From Candidatus Portiera aleyrodidarum (lineage in GTDB: Bacteria; Pseudomonadota; Gammaproteobacteria; Johnevansiales; Johnevansiaceae): a stretch of 32,000 bases of DNA. The stretch is from positions 258,196-290,195 of the forward strand of contig NZ_LN649255.1 of assembly GCF_000953295.1 (NCBI RefSeq), read 5' to 3'. Made by a program: the position numbers and the translations under genes. The stretch's first letter is position 1. Each line of letters begins with the position of its first letter. Under the pieces are notes generated by a model. That model was not told where the DNA came from and did not search any database. It worked only from the letters and a program-made list of their open reading frames with translations. Below are positions 9,651-21,580 of this stretch, one piece after another.

Positions 9651-10957
9651 TGAGAAATAAACGTCTTCCTTCTTTTGGTACAGCTAATTTAATAAAAAAA
9701 TCAAAAGAAACTCATCCGTTAACTTGGAGATTAAATAAAGAAGGTAATACAATTTGGTTAAAAGAATATATAAAAAAAGATGGATATCTAGCAATTAAAC
9801 GTACTTTAAAAGAATTAACTCCAGAAGAAGTAATAAAACAAATAAAAAGTTCTGGGTTAAAAGGTAGAGGAGGAGCTGGTTTTATAACAGGTATAAAATG
9901 GAGTTTAACTAATAAAAAAAATGTAAAAACTTTTTTATTATGTAATGCTGATGAAATGGAACCTAATACTTACAAAGATAGGTTATTATTAGAACAAGAA
10001 CCTCATTTATTAATAGAAGGTATGATAATTGCAGCGTACGCAAATAATTCTAATAAAGGTTATATTTTTATAAGAGGAGAATATATTGATGCAATTAATA
10101 TTATTAATATTGCTATAAAAGAAGCTCGTAATAAAAATTTTCTAGGTAAAAATATTTTAAAGTCTGATTTTTCTTTTGATATATTTATACATTCTGGTGC
10201 TGGAAGATATATTTGTGGTGAAGAAACTGCATTAATTAATTCTTTAGAAGGATATAGAGCAAATCCTAGAAATAAACCACCATTTCCAGGTCAAATTGGG
10301 GTATGGGGGAAACCAACCGTAGTAAATAATGTTGAAACGTTATGTAATATTCCTTCTATTATAACCAATGGTGTTAACTGGTATCATAAATTATGTTTAC
10401 CTGGATCAGAAGATAATGGGACAAAACTTATGGGATTTTCAGGTAAATTAAAAAATCCAGGATTATGGGAATTGCCAATGGGTATAACTGCTATGGAAAT
10501 ATTTGAAGATTATGCTTTTGGAATGATTAATGGTTATAAATTAAAAGCTTGGCAACCTGGAGGGGCTAGTACAGGAATTTTGTTACCTCAACATTTGAAA
10601 GTCCAGATGTGCTCGAATGGAATACTGAAATTAGGAACCCGAATTGGAACTGCAATATTATTAGCTATTGATAATACTATTAAGATAGTATCTTTTTTAA
10701 AAAACATAGAAAAATTTTTTTATAGAGAATCTTGTGGATGGTGTTCACCTTGTCGTGAGGGCTTACCATGGATTGTTAATATATTAAAAAATTTAGAAAA
10801 TAATAAAGGAAAATATAAAGATATTGATATATTAATAGATTTAACAAGACAATTAACTAATGGGAAAACTTTTTGTGGGCACGGACCAGGCGCAGCAGAA
10901 CCTTTAATTAGTGCAATAAAATATTTTCGTAATGAATTTGATAAATTAATGGTTTAA
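9650..10957 (+). CDS. nuoF: NADH-quinone oxidoreductase subunit F
   Basis: 435 aa. ETHPLTWRL; FMN/NADH motifs [13 protein letters not shown] and [19 protein letters not shown]; N3 cluster [12 protein letters not shown]. Confidence 0.97.
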   Translation: MRNKRLPSFGTANLIKKSKETHPLTWRLNKEGNTIWLKEYIKKDGYLAIKRTLKELTPEEVIKQIKSSGLKGRGGAGFITGIKWSLTNKKNVKTFLLCNADEMEPNTYKDRLLLEQEPHLLIEGMIIAAYANNSNKGYIFIRGEYIDAINIINIAIKEARNKNFLGKNILKSDFSFDIFIHSGAGRYICGEETALINSLEGYRANPRNKPPFPGQIGVWGKPTVVNNVETLCNIPSIITNGVNWYHKLCLPGSEDNGTKLMGFSGKLKNPGLWELPMGITAMEIFEDYAFGMINGYKLKAWQPGGASTGILLPQHLKVQMCSNGILKLGTRIGTAILLAIDNTIKIVSFLKNIEKFFYRESCGWCSPCREGLPWIVNILKNLENNKGKYKDIDILIDLTRQLTNGKTFCGHGPGAAEPLISAIKYFRNEFDKLMV

Positions 10958-10959
10958 TT

Positions 10960-13662
10960 ATGACAATATTAAATGTAGATAATAAAGATTATAAAATAAA
11001 AAATAATAAGAAAAATTTATTAGAAATATGTTTATCTTTTGGAATTGATATACCTTATTTTTGTTGGCATCCAAAGTTGGGCAGTGTAGGTTCATGTCGG
11101 CAATGTATAATTAAAAGATACAATAAGAGAGATGATACAATTGGTCATTTTATTATTTCCTGTATGACAAAAGTAAAAAAATATGACTTTATATCTACAA
11201 AAGATAAAGAATCGAAGGATAGTCGTTCTAAAATAATTGAATTAATGATGATAAATCACCCGCATGACTGCCCTGTATGCGAAGAAGGGGGTCAATGTCA
11301 TCTTCAAGATATGACTGTTATGTTAAAACATAATATTAGAAGATATAAATTTTATAAAAGAACTCATAAAAATCAATATATAGGGCCTTTTATAAATCAT
11401 GAAATGAATAGATGTATTACTTGTTATCGTTGTATAAGATTTTATAAAGATTATGCAGGTGGTAAAGATTTAGAAGTATTTGGTAGTAAAAATAATTTAT
11501 ATTTTGGGAGGGTTAGTAATGGGAAATTAGAAAATGAATTTTCTGGAAATTTAATAGAAATATGTCCAACGGGTGTATTTACAGATAAACAATATTCTTT
11601 ACATTATGCGAGAAAATGGGATTTACAATATGCCCCAAGTATTTGTAATGGATGTTCTTGTGGTTGTAATATCAATATAGGTGAACGGTATGGGAAAATT
11701 CGTAAAATAGAAAATCGTTATAATAGTAAAATAAATAATTACTTTATATGTGATAGAGGCCGGTTTGGGTATGGTTATATAAATAGTGTAAATCGAAATC
11801 GGATACCTTATATAAATAAAAATCCTATTACATCAATAGATATAGCTATTGATTATAGTGCTGATATGTTAAGGACAGCTTATAGAATTATTGGGATAGG
11901 ATCTCCAAGAGCAAGTATAGAAAGTAATTTTGCTTTATGTAATTTAGTTGGAAAAAAAAATTTTTCTAATGGGATTGAAAAAAATGAATTAGAATGTTTA
12001 AAATTAATTATAGATATTTTATATAAAGGTGCTTTACCTTCTTCTTCAATAAGTGATATAGAATCTCATGACCTAATCATTATATTAGGTGAAGATCTTA
12101 CTCAAGTTTCAGCAAGAATTGCATTGGCTGTACGTCAATCTGCTAAAAGAACATCTTTTAATATTGCAAAAAAATATAAGATTCCTGAATGGGATCTTAA
12201 TTCTGTTCAGAAATTTTATAATGGGTATAAAAATCCTATATATATGTTTACAACAAATAAAACAAAATTAGATGAGATAGCTTATGAAAAAGTTATTTGT
12301 ACAAAAGAAGAAATTGCAATATTTGGATTTGCTATCGCTAATTTCATAGATCAGAACGCACCAAAAATAAAGTTAGAATCATTTTATAATAAAAATAAAA
12401 AAATTTTATTAAAAATTTTAAAAAAATTACGATGTTCAAAAAGACCATTAATTATTAGTGGTTGTTCACTTAAATATTCTTTAATTTTAAAATCTGCTTA
12501 TAATATATCTCGTGCTTTAAATTTTTTAAATAAAAATGGTTCTATAGTTTTAACTCCTAATGAATCTAATAGTCTTGGTGTTACTATGTTAGGCAGTAAT
12601 TCTTTAAATTGGGCAATAAATAAGCTTATAAAAAATAAAGCTGATGCAGTAATAATATTAGAAAATAATATTTATCGTCGTATTAAATCATCTTTAGTTT
12701 TTAGTGCTTTAAAAAATAAAAAAGTTATTCTAATTGATTATCAAAGAAATATAACATTTGAAAATGCTAATGTTATTTTACCTGCAGCTACTCTAGCTGA
12801 AGGTAATGGTACATTAATAAATTATGAAGGTAGAGCGCAAAGATTTTTTAAAGTTTATGAACCAAGTTATTATAGGACTGGAGAATTAACTAAAGAAAGC
12901 TGGAGATGGCTACATGCTTTAAAAATAGCACTTAAAAATTGTAAATTAGAATGGATACATCTAAATGATGTAATAAAAGTATGTTCTAAATATAATCCTA
13001 TTTTAAGTAAGATATTAAAATTATCAAATTTAAAAATAAAAATAAAAAAATTAGCACGGTTAACTCATAGGGTAAGTGGGCGAGCAGCTATTAATTCTAA
13101 TATCCAAATAAATGAAAAAAACATTCCTAATGATATCGATACAAATTTTACGTTTTCAACTGAAGGTTATAATTATATTAATTGTTCTGAAATAGCTTTT
13201 GCTTGGTATCCAGGATGGAATTCTACTCAAGCATGGAACAAATTTCAAAATGAAGTTGGTGTAAATTTATATGCTGGTAATCCTGGAATAAAGTTAATAA
13301 ATTATTGTAAGATGAAAAATGACTTATCTTATTTTAATACTAACTTTTATAAAATCAAAAATAAAAAATGGCAAGTTATACCTATATATCATTTATTAGG
13401 TAGTGAAGAAAATAGTGCGGTAACTAGTTCTATAAAAAAATGTATTCCAAAGCCTTATATAAGGATAAATAAACATGATATAATTTTGCTAAAGTTAATT
13501 CCAGAATCTAAAATTCAAGCAGTTATTAATGATATTGAATTAAAAATTATAATTAAAAGTACTAATAATATGCGTAATGGGATAATAGGTTTGCCTTTTG
13601 GTATTAATGGGATACCAATAGAAATATTTGGTATGTGGGTTAAGTTTATAATAAAAAAATAA
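10960..13662 (+). CDS. nuoG: NADH-quinone oxidoreductase subunit G
   Basis: 900 aa, against ~908 aa in E. coli. [36 protein letters not shown] and [11 protein letters not shown] Fe-S motifs are present, and the long molybdopterin-like C-terminal domain is retained. Confidence 0.97.
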   Translation: MTILNVDNKDYKIKNNKKNLLEICLSFGIDIPYFCWHPKLGSVGSCRQCIIKRYNKRDDTIGHFIISCMTKVKKYDFISTKDKESKDSRSKIIELMMINHPHDCPVCEEGGQCHLQDMTVMLKHNIRRYKFYKRTHKNQYIGPFINHEMNRCITCYRCIRFYKDYAGGKDLEVFGSKNNLYFGRVSNGKLENEFSGNLIEICPTGVFTDKQYSLHYARKWDLQYAPSICNGCSCGCNINIGERYGKIRKIENRYNSKINNYFICDRGRFGYGYINSVNRNRIPYINKNPITSIDIAIDYSADMLRTAYRIIGIGSPRASIESNFALCNLVGKKNFSNGIEKNELECLKLIIDILYKGALPSSSISDIESHDLIIILGEDLTQVSARIALAVRQSAKRTSFNIAKKYKIPEWDLNSVQKFYNGYKNPIYMFTTNKTKLDEIAYEKVICTKEEIAIFGFAIANFIDQNAPKIKLESFYNKNKKILLKILKKLRCSKRPLIISGCSLKYSLILKSAYNISRALNFLNKNGSIVLTPNESNSLGVTMLGSNSLNWAINKLIKNKADAVIILENNIYRRIKSSLVFSALKNKKVILIDYQRNITFENANVILPAATLAEGNGTLINYEGRAQRFFKVYEPSYYRTGELTKESWRWLHALKIALKNCKLEWIHLNDVIKVCSKYNPILSKILKLSNLKIKIKKLARLTHRVSGRAAINSNIQINEKNIPNDIDTNFTFSTEGYNYINCSEIAFAWYPGWNSTQAWNKFQNEVGVNLYAGNPGIKLINYCKMKNDLSYFNTNFYKIKNKKWQVIPIYHLLGSEENSAVTSSIKKCIPKPYIRINKHDIILLKLIPESKIQAVINDIELKIIIKSTNNMRNGIIGLPFGINGIPIEIFGMWVKFIIKK

Positions 13663-13666
13663 AATT

Positions 13667-14620
13667 ATGATGAATAATATAATACAAACTACTATCGTTA
13701 TAGTTTTTATATTTATAATTGGTGCTTTCATGAGTTTTATAGAACGTAAAGCTTTAGGTTTATGGCAAGATAGATATGGACCAAACCGCGTAGGTTATTT
13801 TGGGATCTTACAATTTATAGCTGATGTTATTAAAATTATATTTAAAGAAGATTGGATTCCGCCTTTTTCAGATAAGAAATTATTTTGTTTAGCCCCAATA
13901 ATATCTTTATTAACTATATTTTTGTCTTTTATTATATTACCACTTAAAAAGTTATTTTTTGAAACTGATTTAAATAATGTTGGAATATTATTTTTTTTAG
14001 CTTTGGCTGGTCTTAATGTATATTCAATTCTTTTTGCTGGATATTCTAGTTGTAATAAATATGCTTTAATAGGTGCAATTAGAGCTTCAGCTCAATCAAT
14101 TTCTTATGAGGTATTTATAGGTCTTTCTTTGATGGGCCTAGTTTCTATTTCAGGATCGTTTAATATAATGAATATTATTGAATATCAAAACCAACATTTA
14201 TGGTTCATAATATCTCAAATAATAGGATTTATTACTTTTTTAATTTCTGGAATAGCTGTAACACATAGACATCCTTTTGATCAACCAGAATCTGAACAAG
14301 AATTAGCTGATGGATATCATATAGAATATTCCGGTATGAAATGGGGTATCTTTTTTATTTCCGAATATGTTAATATTATTTTTATTTCTATTTTAATTGT
14401 AAATTTATTTTTTGGTGGTTATCTTAATTCAAATTTCCCTTCATTTTTATGGTTTATTTTTAAAATCTTTTTTTTTCTTATATTATTTATTATTATTCGT
14501 GCTTCTATACCAAGACCAAGATATGATCAAGTAATGAAATTTGGTTGGAAATATTGTTTACCTTTAAATTTAATAAATTTACTAATAACAAGCAGTATAA
14601 TTTTATATTATAATACATAA
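13667..14620 (+). CDS. nuoH: NADH-quinone oxidoreductase subunit H
   Basis: 317 aa polytopic membrane protein. [18 protein letters not shown] and [16 protein letters not shown] are near-identical to the E. coli NuoH motifs. Confidence 0.96.
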   Translation: MMNNIIQTTIVIVFIFIIGAFMSFIERKALGLWQDRYGPNRVGYFGILQFIADVIKIIFKEDWIPPFSDKKLFCLAPIISLLTIFLSFIILPLKKLFFETDLNNVGILFFLALAGLNVYSILFAGYSSCNKYALIGAIRASAQSISYEVFIGLSLMGLVSISGSFNIMNIIEYQNQHLWFIISQIIGFITFLISGIAVTHRHPFDQPESEQELADGYHIEYSGMKWGIFFISEYVNIIFISILIVNLFFGGYLNSNFPSFLWFIFKIFFFLILFIIIRASIPRPRYDQVMKFGWKYCLPLNLINLLITSSIILYYNT

Positions 14621-14623
14621 AAA

Positions 14624-15163
14624 ATGATAATAAAATTAATAAATTCAATTTTTAGTATTTTTCGTACTATTTATATAATATTTTTACATTCATTTAAAAA
14701 AAGAGTAACATTACAATATCCAGAAGAATCTGTATATTTAGCACCACGATTTAGAGGTCGGATTGTATTAACTAGAAATAATAATGGGAAAGAACGATGT
14801 GTTGCTTGTAATCTTTGTGCAGTAGTCTGTCCTGTTGATTGTATATTTTTACAAAAATGTGAACGAAAAGATGGAAGTTGGTATCCTATATTTTTTAGAA
14901 TTAATTTTTCGCGGTGTATTTTTTGTGGTTTATGTGAAGAAGCTTGTCCAACTTCAGCTATTCAGTTAACCCCTGATTTTGAATTAGGGGAATACAAACG
15001 TAAAGATTTAGTTTTTGAAAAAGAAGATTTATTAATTTCTGGTACAGGAAAAGATCATTATTATAATTTTTATGAAATTACAGGAATATCTATTAATGGT
15101 AAAAATAAAGGATCTGGTAAAAAAGAAAAAAAACCAATTAATGTAAAATCATTATTACCATAA
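14624..15163 (+). CDS. nuoI: NADH-quinone oxidoreductase subunit I
   Basis: 179 aa with two ferredoxin-type 4Fe-4S motifs, [12 protein letters not shown] and [12 protein letters not shown]. Confidence 0.96.
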   Translation: MIIKLINSIFSIFRTIYIIFLHSFKKRVTLQYPEESVYLAPRFRGRIVLTRNNNGKERCVACNLCAVVCPVDCIFLQKCERKDGSWYPIFFRINFSRCIFCGLCEEACPTSAIQLTPDFELGEYKRKDLVFEKEDLLISGTGKDHYYNFYEITGISINGKNKGSGKKEKKPINVKSLLP

Positions 15164-15180
15164 AGAAAAAGGTTTTATTT

Positions 15181-15666
15181 GTGTTATTTTATATTTCAGC
15201 ATCCATTGCAATATTTTCAACATTAAACGTTATTTTTAGTAAAAATATTATACATGCTTTATTAAATTTTATTGTATCATTAATTTCAATAGCAATGATA
15301 TTTTTTTTAATTGGTGCAAAATTTGCAGGAGTTTTAGAGATTATAATTTATGCTGGTGCGATAATGGTATTATTTGTATTTGTTGTAATGATGTTACTTA
15401 ATCCTATTAATAAAAAATTAAGTTTTATTAAGTTAAAAATTTGGATAATTCCAACCATAATGACAATCACTTTATTAGGTTTATTATTATTAACTATAAA
15501 TAAATATGGTTTAAATAATCGTAATATCTTATTAGTAAGTAATATACCACATAATCCACATCCTTTGAGTGTTTTATTATTTACTACTTATTTAATCACT
15601 GTAGAATTATCAGCTCTAATCTTATTAACAGCATTAATTGTTGCTTCTTATTTGGGACGAAAATAA
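15181..15666 (+). CDS. nuoJ: NADH-quinone oxidoreductase subunit J
   Basis: 161 aa with a GTG start. HALLNFIVSL and LEIIIYAGAIMVLFVFVVMML match E. coli NuoJ. Confidence 0.93.
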   Translation: MLFYISASIAIFSTLNVIFSKNIIHALLNFIVSLISIAMIFFLIGAKFAGVLEIIIYAGAIMVLFVFVVMMLLNPINKKLSFIKLKIWIIPTIMTITLLGLLLLTINKYGLNNRNILLVSNIPHNPHPLSVLLFTTYLITVELSALILLTALIVASYLGRK

Positions 15667-15974
15667 TGATTTTAATTCCAATAGATCATGTTTTAATATT
15701 ATCTTTTATTTTATTTTTAATAGGTATATTAGGAATATTAATTCGTCGTAATATAATTTTTATATTTATTTGTTTAGAAATAATGTTAAATTCTGCTGCT
15801 TTTGTTTTTGTTATATCTGGGGAATTTTGGGCTCAGCCAGATGGTCAAATTATGTTTATTTTAATTATGACTTTAGCTGCAGCTGAAATAAGTGTTGGGT
15901 TAGCTTTATTAATTCAATTACAAAAATATTTTAAAAGTTTTGATATAGATATAATTAGTAGGTTAAAAGGATGA
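15666..15974 (+). CDS. nuoK: NADH-quinone oxidoreductase subunit K
   Basis: 102 aa with three predicted TM helices. LEIMLNSA and LAAAEISVGLALL are present. There is a 1-nt TAATG overlap with nuoJ and a 4-nt ATGA overlap with nuoL. Confidence 0.93.
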   Translation: MILIPIDHVLILSFILFLIGILGILIRRNIIFIFICLEIMLNSAAFVFVISGEFWAQPDGQIMFILIMTLAAAEISVGLALLIQLQKYFKSFDIDIISRLKG

Positions 15975-17866
15975 AGAATATATTATTTTTTATTTGTTTA
16001 TTTCCTTTAATTAGTACTATATTACTAGCTCTATTTAGACACATGTCAAGAATATTAGTAATTATTATTGGGGTTGGCTCAATACTTTTATCTACATTAT
16101 TTACCATGTTAATTACAATTAATTATTATTTAATACCTAATCCTTTTGTAGAACATATATATAATTGGATTAGTATATATGATTTAAAAATTAATTTTAA
16201 TTTTTATATTGATGGGTTAACTATAATTATGATTTGTATAGTAAATGGAGTAGGTTTGTTAATTCATTTTTTTGCAACTTGGTATATGTATGAAGATTTA
16301 AAATATAATAAAGATTATTTATTATCTAGATTTTTTATGTATATGAATTTATTTATGTTTAATATGTTAATTTTAGTATTAGGTGATAATTTAATTTTAT
16401 TGTTATTAGGTTGGGAAGGTGTTGGTTTATGTTCATATTTATTAATTAGTTATTATTATCGTATAAATTATAATGTCTTAGCTGGGTTTAAGGCTTTTAT
16501 TACTACAAAAATAGGAGATTTATTTTTTGCAATAGGTATATTTTTAATATGGGACAAGTTTAATACTTTAGATATTCAATTTTTTTTAAATAAAGCATCT
16601 ATATTAAATAATAATTATTATTTAATAAATGAATTTATTGCTTTTCTGCTTATGCTTGGCGCGATAACTAAATCTGCACAAATACCGTTACATACCTGGC
16701 TAATTGATGCAATGGCAGGACCAACACCTGCTTCTGCCTTGATTCATGCTGCAACTATGATTACTTCAGGTGTATATATTATAGCTAGAACACATATATT
16801 ATTTGAACTAGCACCAATAACAATAAAGACAATAGGAATTATTGGAACAATTACTTTATTATTAGCTAGTTTATCTGCATTAACTCAAAAAGATATTAAA
16901 CGGATTTTAGCATGTTCAACACTAAGTCAAGTAGGTTATATGTTTTTAGCTCTAGGATTTAAAGCATGGAATGCTGCTATATTTCATGTGATGATTCATG
17001 CTTTTTTTAAAGCTTTATTATTTATATTAGCTGGTTCTTTAATAATTACATGTAAACATGAACAAAATATTTTTAAAATTAGATCAATTTTTTTATCATT
17101 AACTAATAAAATAAGAAAAAAATATTATTTTTGTTTTATTATAGGTAGTTCAGCTTTATCTGCATTACCAATCATTTCAGCAGGGTTTTATTCTAAAGAA
17201 AAAATTATTTGGTTATCTTATATTAGTGGGAATATAAGATTTTGGATATTAAGTTTATTTGGTGCATTTATAACATCTATTTATACATTTCGTACTATAT
17301 TTATTATTTTTAATAAAAATATTAATAAATTTATTATTTATTTTAATAAACAAAAAAAATTAAGATATAATCTATCACATAATTTACCTTTATTAATATT
17401 ATTAATATTATCTACTTATTTAGGTTCTTTAATAAAAATACCTATGCAAAATGAATTACAAATATATAAGATATTTAATTCTAATATAGAAATGATGTTT
17501 AATATAATTTCTTCAATAATTGTAATTTTTGGTATTATTTTAGCTGCTAAAAATTTTTTATTTTCTAATATATATAATATTGATATAATTGAACTTAGTT
17601 TAGGAAAACTAGTTAGAAATTTAATATATAAGATTGGGGGATTTGATTGGTTGTATAATAACTTATTAATTAAACCTTATTTATATTTAGTTAGGAAAAA
17701 TAAATTTGATTGTATTAATTTAATATTTAATAATTTTATTAAATTTATTTTATTTACTAATACTATAATCATAAAAATACATAATGGGAAATTAAGTCTT
17801 TATTTAACAATCTTTATTAGTGGGATTATTTTTATGATAACGACATTTTTAATGAGTAATATCTAA
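15971..17866 (+). CDS. nuoL: NADH-quinone oxidoreductase subunit L
   Basis: 631 aa antiporter-like subunit with LLLGWEGVGLCSYLLI and KSAQIPLHTWLIDAMAGPTPASALIHAATM. Confidence 0.96.
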   Translation: MKNILFFICLFPLISTILLALFRHMSRILVIIIGVGSILLSTLFTMLITINYYLIPNPFVEHIYNWISIYDLKINFNFYIDGLTIIMICIVNGVGLLIHFFATWYMYEDLKYNKDYLLSRFFMYMNLFMFNMLILVLGDNLILLLLGWEGVGLCSYLLISYYYRINYNVLAGFKAFITTKIGDLFFAIGIFLIWDKFNTLDIQFFLNKASILNNNYYLINEFIAFLLMLGAITKSAQIPLHTWLIDAMAGPTPASALIHAATMITSGVYIIARTHILFELAPITIKTIGIIGTITLLLASLSALTQKDIKRILACSTLSQVGYMFLALGFKAWNAAIFHVMIHAFFKALLFILAGSLIITCKHEQNIFKIRSIFLSLTNKIRKKYYFCFIIGSSALSALPIISAGFYSKEKIIWLSYISGNIRFWILSLFGAFITSIYTFRTIFIIFNKNINKFIIYFNKQKKLRYNLSHNLPLLILLILSTYLGSLIKIPMQNELQIYKIFNSNIEMMFNIISSIIVIFGIILAAKNFLFSNIYNIDIIELSLGKLVRNLIYKIGGFDWLYNNLLIKPYLYLVRKNKFDCINLIFNNFIKFILFTNTIIIKIHNGKLSLYLTIFISGIIFMITTFLMSNI

Positions 17867-19341
17867 TGATATTGTTATGGTTTTTATTAATCCCTTTTAT
17901 TGGTGGTTTATTTTCTTTAAGTTTAGAAAAAATAAATATTAAATATACACGTATTTCAGCTATTATTACTATGCTAATACTTTTATTTTTATCAATATAT
18001 TTATATTTTTTAAATATAAATACAAAAAGTATATGGATATTACAATACCGAACAATATGGATTGAGAGATTTGGTATTTATATTAATTTAGCATTAGATG
18101 GTATATCTTTAATTATGGTATTATTAACAGTATTTTTAGGTTTGTTAGCAGTAATTTTTTCTTTTAAAGAAATTAATAAATGTATTGGATTATTTTATTT
18201 TAATTTATTATGGATTCTCGGTTCAATTATTGGTGTATTTATTGCAATAGATCTTTTTTTATTTTTATTTTTTTGGGAAATAATGATATTTCCAATGTAT
18301 TTTATCATTTTTCTATGGGGTAATTCATATAAAGAAAAAATAGCTATTAAATTTTTTATTTATACTCAAATTTCAGGGTTGTTATTGTTAATTACAATAT
18401 TAACTTTAGTAGTTAGTAACTATTATGTAACGGGAAAAATGATTTTTGATTATCAATCATTATTAAACACACCTATTGGAAACAAATTAGGATTTATAAT
18501 AATGTTAGGTTTTTTTATTTCGTTCGCAATAAAATTACCAATAAGCCCATTACATAGTTGGTTGCCAGATGTAATGGCTAAAAATCCTAAATATGGAAGT
18601 TTAGATTTAATAGGGATATTAATTAAAACAGCAGCTTATGGTTTATTAAGATATAATTTATGTTTATTTCCAAAACAAGCAATAGAATTTGCACCTTTTG
18701 CAATGATAATTGGTATTATTAGTATATATTATGGTGCAATTTTAGCTTTAGCTCAGATAAATATTAAAAGATTATTGGCTTATTCCAGTATTTCACATAT
18801 GGGATATTTATTAATAGCTATTTATTCAAATAATATATTATCATTACAAGGCGCGATTATGTTTATCATATCTAATTCATTATCTTCTGCAGGATTAATA
18901 ATTATTAGTGGATTAATTTATGAACGGGTAAATACATTTGATATGCGATTTATGGGTGGGTTATTTGGGAAATTAGGAGCAATTCCTGGATTCGCTTTAG
19001 CATTAACAATAGCTTCATTAGGAATACCAGGAACAGGAAATTTTATAGGGGAATTTTTCATTTTATTAGGTAATTTTAAACGATATCCAATAATAACTAT
19101 ATTTTCTAGTGGAGGTTTAATATTAACAGCGATTTATTCATTAAAATTAATACATAAAGTATATTATGGAAAAACAAAAAATAAAAATATAAAAAATATA
19201 TTTTTAAGTTTAAGTGAAGTAAATATATTAAGTATTATAATATTATTAATATTTCTTTTTGGTTTTTACCCACAAATTATATTTGATATATCAATTAAAT
19301 CCATAACAAAAATTGCACAAAAAACAATGTTTTTTTATTAA
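17866..19341 (+). CDS. nuoM: NADH-quinone oxidoreductase subunit M
   Basis: 491 aa, collinear with E. coli NuoM along its whole length: LIPFIGG, LALDGISLIMVLLT, FFWEIMIFPMYF, PLHSWLPDV, IKRLLAYSSISHMGY, GIPGTGNFIGEF. Confidence 0.96.
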   Translation: MILLWFLLIPFIGGLFSLSLEKINIKYTRISAIITMLILLFLSIYLYFLNINTKSIWILQYRTIWIERFGIYINLALDGISLIMVLLTVFLGLLAVIFSFKEINKCIGLFYFNLLWILGSIIGVFIAIDLFLFLFFWEIMIFPMYFIIFLWGNSYKEKIAIKFFIYTQISGLLLLITILTLVVSNYYVTGKMIFDYQSLLNTPIGNKLGFIIMLGFFISFAIKLPISPLHSWLPDVMAKNPKYGSLDLIGILIKTAAYGLLRYNLCLFPKQAIEFAPFAMIIGIISIYYGAILALAQINIKRLLAYSSISHMGYLLIAIYSNNILSLQGAIMFIISNSLSSAGLIIISGLIYERVNTFDMRFMGGLFGKLGAIPGFALALTIASLGIPGTGNFIGEFFILLGNFKRYPIITIFSSGGLILTAIYSLKLIHKVYYGKTKNKNIKNIFLSLSEVNILSIIILLIFLFGFYPQIIFDISIKSITKIAQKTMFFY

Positions 19342-19360
19342 AAAATGATTAAGAAATTAC

Positions 19361-20779
19361 ATGATTAATAAATTACAATTATATGCTATTTCACCTATTA
19401 TTTTATTATTTATAACATTAATAATATTACTAATTACTATATCTTTTTATCGGAATAATTTAAGTATATTTATAATTACTATAATAGGATTTTTAATTTC
19501 AATTATATCTATAATATGGATATATTATAATAATCTTAAACCTACTTTAATTTATCCTTTAATAATAATAGACAATTATTCGTTATTTTATTCTTTATTA
19601 ATTTTAATATCAGCTTTATATTGTTCTATTTTTTCTTATACATATATTATAAAAAAAAATAAAAAAGATAAAAATGAAGAATTTTATATGTTATTAATAT
19701 GTTCAACTATTGGAGCTATAATATTAGTTAGTAGCATGCATCTGGCAACGTTATTTATTGGATTAGAATTAATGTCTATCGCTTTATATGGATTAATAGT
19801 TTATTTACGTAATGATTTAAAAGCATTAGAATCTGGAATTAAATATATGGTACTCTCTTCGATTTCATCTTGTTTTTTATTATTTGGTATGGCTTTATTA
19901 TATTTTTATTATGGAAATTTAACGGTTACTAATTATTATTTTCTTATAGATAACCAGATAGCAAGATGGACAATAATAGGAATTATATTAATATTAATTA
20001 GTTTAGGTTTTAAATTATCTATTATACCTTTTCATATGTCAACACCTGATATTTATGAAGGTTCAATAACACCAATTTCTGCTTTTATCGCTACTGTTAG
20101 TAAAATCTCAGTATTTGCAGCGCTAATTCGCTTTTTATTAATATTACCAAATATAAATATTTTTTTGAAGAATGTAATTACTATAATTTCTATTGTTACA
20201 ATAATATTTGGGAATCTTTTAGCACTTAAACAAAATAATTTAAAACGTATATTAGGTTATTCATCAATAGCTAATTTGGGTTATTTACTTACAGGAATAG
20301 TTGCTATGCAACATAGTAAATTTATACTAGAAACAATAAATATTTACTTATTAACTTATAATTTAACAAATTTAGGGATATTTGGTATATTAAGTATACT
20401 TAATAATGAAAAATTATCTTATTATAAAGGTTTGTTTTGGAGTCAACCAGATTTAGCTATTATATTAACGATCATGTTATTATCTTTAGCTGGGATTCCA
20501 ATAACAGCAGGTTTTATAGGGAAAATTTATATACTTCTAACTGCTATAAATTATCAATTATGGCTTATCATTATATCTATAATTATAGGCAATTCTATAG
20601 GTATTTATTATTATTTAAGAATAATTTCATATTTATATATGGATATTAGAAATGATAAAAAAATATTTAATAGAAGGATATTTATTATTTATTTTTTTGT
20701 TTTATTTTTAGCTTTAATAATATTATTAATTGGAATATTTCCACAAAATTTAATATCTTTAATTAGATCACTAAGTTAA
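19361..20779 (+). CDS. nuoN: NADH-quinone oxidoreductase subunit N
   Basis: 472 aa. EFYMLLICSTIGAIIL, LFIGLELMSIALYGL, IKYMVLSSISS and LKRILGYSSIANLGY are present, and it is the last gene of the nuo order. Confidence 0.94.
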   Translation: MINKLQLYAISPIILLFITLIILLITISFYRNNLSIFIITIIGFLISIISIIWIYYNNLKPTLIYPLIIIDNYSLFYSLLILISALYCSIFSYTYIIKKNKKDKNEEFYMLLICSTIGAIILVSSMHLATLFIGLELMSIALYGLIVYLRNDLKALESGIKYMVLSSISSCFLLFGMALLYFYYGNLTVTNYYFLIDNQIARWTIIGIILILISLGFKLSIIPFHMSTPDIYEGSITPISAFIATVSKISVFAALIRFLLILPNINIFLKNVITIISIVTIIFGNLLALKQNNLKRILGYSSIANLGYLLTGIVAMQHSKFILETINIYLLTYNLTNLGIFGILSILNNEKLSYYKGLFWSQPDLAIILTIMLLSLAGIPITAGFIGKIYILLTAINYQLWLIIISIIIGNSIGIYYYLRIISYLYMDIRNDKKIFNRRIFIIYFFVLFLALIILLIGIFPQNLISLIRSLS

Positions 20780-21580
20780 GAATATACAACCATCAAAAAC
20801 TTTTTTTACAGATCCAATCATATATAAAGAATGATTTAATCCTCCTGTCCAGTTAATTTTTAATTTTCCTCCAGGTAAAACTACTTTAATATTTTTATGT
20901 AAATACCCAAGAGTTATACCAACAGATACTGCGGCACAAGCCCCTGTTCCACAAGCCAGAGTTTCTCCTACCCCCCTTTCAAAAACACGTAATTTTATTG
21001 AAAAAGGAGATATTATTTGCATAAAACCAACATTAAATTTTTCTGTAGAAAATAAATTATTTTCAATAAATTTACCTATAATATTTACAGGTATTTTATT
21101 TATATTAGATACTATTAAAACCGCATGTGGATTACCAATTCTTACTATAAATAATTCAAGCAATTTAAAATAAGATATATTAGTTTTTATTTTTTTAAAA
21201 CCCTTAATTAAAGGTTTCCCCATATTTACACTAATTATATTAGTTTTCTTTATATATAGTATTAACTTTCCTCCATAAGTTTCTACATGTATTAGATTTT
21301 TTTTTGTTAATCTTTTTTCAAATAAAAATTTAGCTAAACATCTTGCACCATTCCCACAATTTTCTACTTCACTACCATTTGCATTAAAAATTCTATAAAA
21401 AAAATCAAAATTACGATTATTATGTTTTTCAACTAAAAGTAATTGATCAAAACCAATTCCTAAATTTCTATTTGATAATTTTTTTATAATTTTTTTACTT
21501 AATAAAAAGTTTTGATTAAGATTTTCTATAATCATAAAATCATTTCCTAAACCTTGCATTTTACTAAAATAAATTAACAT
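20771..21580 (-). CDS. dapF: diaminopimelate epimerase
   Basis: 269 aa. FSKMQGLGNDFMII is present, and both catalytic Cys motifs are there: NGSEVENCGNGARC and ERGVGETLACGTGACAA. Confidence 0.96.
   Translation of the reverse strand: MLIYFSKMQGLGNDFMIIENLNQNFLLSKKIIKKLSNRNLGIGFDQLLLVEKHNNRNFDFFYRIFNANGSEVENCGNGARCLAKFLFEKRLTKKNLIHVETYGGKLILYIKKTNIISVNMGKPLIKGFKKIKTNISYFKLLELFIVRIGNPHAVLIVSNINKIPVNIIGKFIENNLFSTEKFNVGFMQIISPFSIKLRVFERGVGETLACGTGACAAVSVGITLGYLHKNIKVVLPGGKLKINWTGGLNHSLYMIGSVKKVFDGCIFLT

Noticed and set aside
12089-12271. 60-aa + strand ORF in an alternative frame of nuoG
   Set aside because: It is nested out of frame within a 900-aa CDS that aligns end to end with NuoG. It is short and there is no independent evidence for it.
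13540-13731. 63-aa minus-strand ORF across the nuoG/nuoH junction
   Set aside because: It is antisense to two assigned CDSs with a 4-nt spacer between them, and its composition looks like noise.
20437-20649. 70-aa + strand ORF in an alternative frame of nuoN
   Set aside because: It is nested out of frame in nuoN, and its Y/N/R-rich sequence has no recognisable features.
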